64,000 nt of DNA from Acidimicrobiia bacterium (GTDB lineage: Bacteria > Actinomycetota > Acidimicrobiia > Spongiisociales > JAENVV01): the NCBI GenBank assembly GCA_041586155.1, contig JBFHAT010000006.1:20486-84485 (forward strand), read 5' to 3'. The notes under the pieces were generated by a model that was not told where the DNA came from, made no database searches, and was given only the letters and a program-made list of their open reading frames with translations. Shown here one piece after another: positions 59,992 through 64,000 of the stretch (position 1 is the stretch's first letter; each line of letters starts with the position of its first letter). Made by a program: the position numbers and the translations under genes.

Positions 59992-60890
59992 CCCTTGATC
60001 CTGGGCGGTCGCTTCTTGGAAACCGCCGACTCCTCGACGTAGTCGATGACCTTGCCGGCGACGTCGATCCCGGTGGCCTTTTCGATTCCCTCCAGCCCCG
60101 GTGACGAGTTCACCTCCAGCACCAGGGGCCCTCGCTCAGAGCGGAGCAAGTCGACGCCGGCCACACCCAGGCCAAGGGTCTTCACCGCCTTGACTGCGGT
60201 GGCCCGCTCGGACCGCGAGATCTTTGCGACGGTGGCCGTGCCGCCCTGATGCAAGTTGGAACGGAACTCGCCCGGTTTGCCCTGGCGCTTCATTGCCGCC
60301 ACGGCCTTGTTGTTGATGACGAGCACCCGGATGTCGGCGCCGCCCGCTTCCTTGATGAACTCCTGGACGAGGATGTTGGCGTCGAGCTGACGGAAGGCGC
60401 CGATGACCGACTGGGCGGCTTTCTTCGTCTCGGCAAGCACCACCCCGGTGCCTTGCGTCCCCTCCAGGAGTTTGACCACCACCGGCGCGCCTCCCACAGT
60501 GTCGAGGAGGCCGTCGATGTCCTTGGTGGCGTGCGCATAGCCGGTCACAGGCAGCCCGATGCCGGCCCTAGCCAGAACTTGCATCGAGCGGAGCTTGTCG
60601 CGCGACCGGCTGATGGCCTGCGACTCGGCTGCCGAGAAGACCCCCATCATCTCGAACTGGCGGACGACCGCCGTTCCGTAGAAGGTGTAAGTAGCGCCGA
60701 TGCGAGGAATGACTGCGTCGAAACTGAGCGGGTTACCGGCCAGCATCACGGTCGGTTTGTTGGACGTGATGTCCATGTAACAGCGCAGGTAGTCGACCAC
60801 CCGAACCGAATGGCCTCGCTCCTTGGCCGCCTCCACCAGCCTGCGTGTCGAGTACAGCTCACTGTTTCTGGACAGAACTCCGATATCCAT
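59988..60890 (-). CDS. rimK: Alpha-L-glutamate ligase RimK
   Basis: [49 protein letters not shown]. Confidence 0.96.
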   Translation of the reverse strand: MDIGVLSRNSELYSTRRLVEAAKERGHSVRVVDYLRCYMDITSNKPTVMLAGNPLSFDAVIPRIGATYTFYGTAVVRQFEMMGVFSAAESQAISRSRDKLRSMQVLARAGIGLPVTGYAHATKDIDGLLDTVGGAPVVVKLLEGTQGTGVVLAETKKAAQSVIGAFRQLDANILVQEFIKEAGGADIRVLVINNKAVAAMKRQGKPGEFRSNLHQGGTATVAKISRSERATAVKAVKTLGLGVAGVDLLRSERGPLVLEVNSSPGLEGIEKATGIDVAGKVIDYVEESAVSKKRPPRIKG

Positions 60891-61325
60891 TCACTCCTCC
60901 GGCTCATGCACGAACGATTTGGCGACATCGACGACGAACAGCTTGCGCAGCGCCCGACGGCCGAGCAACATCCGAAAGCCCATCGCGTCGCGACTGGTCA
61001 ACGTGATCTGGGTGACGAACGACGTCGGACCGAGCCGCACCGCGGTGGCGATCACGGGTCGTAGCTCGCTCGTGCCTCCGGTGTTGCGCACCGGACGCTC
61101 GTCGACCAACCATCCGCCGGTCGAGACCGTGGGATGCACGTTACGTTGGATGGGATGCACGTCGAACTCCAACCAAGTCCTCCCGTCACGGGCCTCTGAA
61201 CGAAGCCGGCTGACGTGAAGCGCCGACGTCGCCGCACCCGTGTCGATCTTCGCTTTGACGCGCTCGACCCCCAGCTCGGGAAGAGCCACCCATTCGCGCC
61301 ACCCGATCGTCAGCGGCTTCGCCAT
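60891..61325 (-). CDS. RimK-associated retropepsin-like protease (RimB-like)
   Basis: IGWREWVALP, KAKIDTGAATS, MGFRMLLGR. Confidence 0.92.
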   Translation of the reverse strand: MAKPLTIGWREWVALPELGVERVKAKIDTGAATSALHVSRLRSEARDGRTWLEFDVHPIQRNVHPTVSTGGWLVDERPVRNTGGTSELRPVIATAVRLGPTSFVTQITLTSRDAMGFRMLLGRRALRKLFVVDVAKSFVHEPEE

Positions 61326-61372
61326 GGCGCCATTCCAGCAGGTCCGCCTGAGCCGACCGCACTTTCGGCGCC

Positions 61373-61474
61373 ATCACCGTTACGACGCCTTCTTGGCGGG
61401 CGAGCTGGTCGACTACGACTACCCCAAGGAGAAGGTGGCGGCCGCTCAGGAGCGGATCCCGGTGGTGGCCTTGA
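61373..61474 (+). pseudogene. Probable remnant of a TrpB2-like C-terminus
   Basis: From 61381: YDAFLAGELVDYDYPKEKVAAAQERIPVV with nearly all codons ending in G/C; no credible start or 5' part. Confidence 0.55.
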
Positions 61475-61485
61475 CGCTGGCGGCG

Positions 61486-63540
61486 TCAGTCGCCGAGCGC
61501 CCGGTGAAGGAACGCGGCCATCTGCGCCCTGGTGACGGGGGCGGTCGGGCAGAAGGTGGTGGGGGTGCAGCCGAACGTGATCCCGGCACCGGCCAACGCA
61601 CTGATGTCTGCCTCGAACGGCGACAGGTCGTCGTCGGTGAACCCGGCGTCAGGGGCCGGCGGGAGGTCCAGGCCCCGGACCAAGAACGCCGCCATTTGCG
61701 CCCGTGTGATGGAACTCTGCGGACAGAACGTGGTCGGGGTGCAGCCGAAGGTGATCCCGGCGCCGGCCAAGGCACTGATGTCTGCCTCGAACGGCGACAG
61801 GTCGTCGTCGGTGAACCCGGCGTCAGGGGCCGGCGGCAAGTCGAGCGCCCGGACCAAGAAGGCGGCCATCTGGCCACGTGTGACCGGATCGTGGGGACAG
61901 AACTCGTCGTTCGCTGGAGGATTGTATCCCTTGGTGATCCCCGACTCCCCTAGCCAGTCGATGTCGGGCTCGAACTGCGAGCCGTCGTCGTCGTGGAAGA
62001 GTCCGGAGAAGTCGATCGGATCCCACGTGCTCGGGCACGCCCAGTCGATGGGCCGGGCCCACCTCCGGTCTTGCACGCCGTCGGAACCGCGCCACGTGGT
62101 CATCACCCCATTCGTGTTCACCCAGATGTCGTCGCGCCCGTCGCCGTCGAACTCGAGGGCGGCGACGGCGGATGCCGGCGCCAGGGCGATGGCAGTTTGC
62201 ACCGTCGTCACGGTGCCGTCGTTGGCCACCACGTGGAGGGTCGCCCCACCGCTGGAGGGCTCGAACCCGTAGACGTCGGGCCGATCGTCGAGATCGTGAT
62301 CGCCAACTGTCCATTTCCATCCCGGGGTCGCGCCGAAGGGTTTGAACCTCGCGAGCCGAGTGGTGAAGTCGGCGCCGTCGTAGACGTCGATCGTCGTGCC
62401 CGGACGGATCACGTAGAGGTCGGGAGTCCCGTCCCAGTCGTGGTCGGCCACGAGATAGGCGGACCCGGCGCTGGGAGCGATTCCGGTGGTGACGCGCTCC
62501 TCGACCACCCACCCCTCGATGAGCCGGTAGAGGTCGATCACCAGCGACTGACCGCTCTCATCGACGAAGCCGACGTCGGCTCTCTGCATGCCGCTCAGGT
62601 CTCCGATCACGATCGGCTCGTCGGTCGAATGGCCGTCGGCGAAGCCCCGGCCACCAGAGCACTCCTGGTAGGTGGACGACGAGGTGGTGAATCGGATGAC
62701 GACGCCCCCCATATCGTCGCTGAGGAACAACTCGTCGCCTGCTCCCCTTCCCGTGACGTTGGCGACCAGATGCACGCCGGGCCGGCCGGCGAACAGCGTG
62801 GATTCTTCCGAAGTCTTCACATCGAATGGGCGGCCGGCGGTGTGCACCGGAAGGTCGGGAGCAGGTGGGCCGAACCCAGGAGTTGCGCCGGGGCCCTGCC
62901 AGGCGAAATGCATCGGATCTTTGAAATCGAACCAGTCCCCTCCCCAACAAAACCCGGCGTCGCGCCAGGCGTCGACGAACCAGTCCGGCATGTCGGTCAC
63001 GAGCGTTTCGTCGCTCCGGAACGGATTGGTGTGCCAATTGATGTCGATCGTTGCGCCGTAAGTATGCCTCGAGATGGCATAGCTGCCGCCAATGGTTCGC
63101 GGCACGAAGCTGGCCGTGTGGGTGGGGTTCACGGCGTAGAAACGGCCCTTCGCCTGCTCGGCGGCGATGTTTGCGGCGACTTGCTGGAAGGCGGGGAGCG
63201 CACGCGAATGAACCTTCACCGTATATCCGCCGCTCATCGGCACGACCCAGTCGACGAGGTGCGAGCGCACCTCGCCCACCGACCGCCCGAAATAGTCGCC
63301 ATAAGGCCCACCGATCCGCTCCGAATCGGGAAGCGACCCCGAGCGAATCGCGGCGGGCGACGGGGCACTGAGGATGTCGCATCCGCCCGATTCGTTGAAA
63401 CTCGGCCAGGTCTCTTGACCCTGTGATTGCGGGCCGTGCTCATGATCCGGTGGCTCCGGATCGGGCCGCTGCTGAGCGGCGCCAGCGACCGGAAGCATCA
63501 TGAGAATGACAACGACGACGGTCACCTGGGAGATGCGCAT
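61486..63540 (-). CDS. Secreted M15 peptidase with FG-GAP/VCBS-like repeats and three SLH domains
   Basis: Signal peptide; SRHTYGATIDIN, WGGDW, DPMHF; DHDWDGTPDL, DHDLDDRPDV, EFDGDGRDDI; three TR(G/A)QMAAFL. Confidence 0.9.
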   Translation of the reverse strand: MRISQVTVVVVILMMLPVAGAAQQRPDPEPPDHEHGPQSQGQETWPSFNESGGCDILSAPSPAAIRSGSLPDSERIGGPYGDYFGRSVGEVRSHLVDWVVPMSGGYTVKVHSRALPAFQQVAANIAAEQAKGRFYAVNPTHTASFVPRTIGGSYAISRHTYGATIDINWHTNPFRSDETLVTDMPDWFVDAWRDAGFCWGGDWFDFKDPMHFAWQGPGATPGFGPPAPDLPVHTAGRPFDVKTSEESTLFAGRPGVHLVANVTGRGAGDELFLSDDMGGVVIRFTTSSSTYQECSGGRGFADGHSTDEPIVIGDLSGMQRADVGFVDESGQSLVIDLYRLIEGWVVEERVTTGIAPSAGSAYLVADHDWDGTPDLYVIRPGTTIDVYDGADFTTRLARFKPFGATPGWKWTVGDHDLDDRPDVYGFEPSSGGATLHVVANDGTVTTVQTAIALAPASAVAALEFDGDGRDDIWVNTNGVMTTWRGSDGVQDRRWARPIDWACPSTWDPIDFSGLFHDDDGSQFEPDIDWLGESGITKGYNPPANDEFCPHDPVTRGQMAAFLVRALDLPPAPDAGFTDDDLSPFEADISALAGAGITFGCTPTTFCPQSSITRAQMAAFLVRGLDLPPAPDAGFTDDDLSPFEADISALAGAGITFGCTPTTFCPTAPVTRAQMAAFLHRALGD
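61510..61870 (-). repeat. Tandem duplication of one SLH unit (174-bp period)
   Basis: An identical ~65-nt block starts at 61598 and 61772; the 58-aa unit LDLPPAPDAGFTDDDLSPFEADISALAGAGITFGCTPTTFCP.. occurs twice. Confidence 0.9.
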
Positions 63541-63632
63541 CGGCGCAAGCGTACAGACGCGCCCCGCCAAACGGGCACCATCGATCGCATCGTCCCGAGC
63601 CGTGCTCAGGCCAGCTCCTAGACTCCCTGCTC

Positions 63633-64000
63633 GTGACCACCACGGAGCCATCCCGGCGGGAGATGATCCTCGACGCGGCTGCCGCCCTCTTTCGCACGCA
63701 CGGATTCCACGGTGCGGGCATCGACGAGATCGGAGCGGCTGCCGGGATCTCCGGCCCTGGCGTGTACCGCCATTTCCCCAACAAGCACGCCTTGTTGGTC
63801 GCCATGTCAGAACGGGTCGTCGATCGCCTCGTGAACCACAATGAGCGGGTCATCGAAGAGGAGTCGGACCCGGTGGTTGCGCTGGCGCGCCTGGTGAAGA
63901 CGCACGCCTCCTTCGCCTTTGGCTCCGCCGAGTTGATCGGCGTCTACGTCCAGGAGCATCGCAACCTTCCCGAACCCGATCGCAAACGCATCAGTCGAAA
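63633..64000 (+). CDS. TetR/AcrR family regulator (3'-truncated; absent from ORF track)
   Basis: GTG 8 nt after TAGACT; RREMILDAAAALFRTHGFHGAGIDEIGAAAGISGPGVYRHFPNK. Confidence 0.93.
   Translation, partial: MTTTEPSRREMILDAAAALFRTHGFHGAGIDEIGAAAGISGPGVYRHFPNKHALLVAMSERVVDRLVNHNERVIEEESDPVVALARLVKTHASFAFGSAELIGVYVQEHRNLPEPDRKRISR

Overview
High-GC actinobacterial chromosome segment, most consistent with Acidimicrobiia (inferred from Cys-containing SLH repeats, clpS-DUF2017, an HbhA-like locus and frequent leaderless starts). It holds about 65 densely packed CDSs. I saw no rRNA, tRNA, CRISPR array, prophage or IS. Housekeeping genes include greA, mgtE, nadE, aroF, tyrA, pheA, proC, udk, clpS, bcp, pspA and rimK. 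There is a form II-type coxSLM molybdenum hydroxylase with coxD/coxE/split xdhC/mocA/coxG, a family-5 ABC importer and two c-di-GMP enzymes. Main observations the ORF track misses or mis-calls: (1) selD is a selenoprotein, with an in-frame TGA at codon 15 in G-U-A-C-K followed by a SECIS-like hairpin. (2) A candidate lipid-droplet/DNA-tethering locus: an SDR, an acyltransferase fused to a Rho-N-like helix pair and a CCCH motif, an XRE regulator with two palindromic operators, and an HbhA/MLDS-like protein with an AKKPA tail. (3) A membrane HD-GYP enzyme carrying an extracellular stalk with two Ig-like repeats. (4) A decayed TrpB2-like C-terminal remnant. (5) About 20 genes have a TANNNT box 6-10 nt before the start codon, which fixes many start sites. 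All family assignments come from motif recognition by eye, not from database searches.
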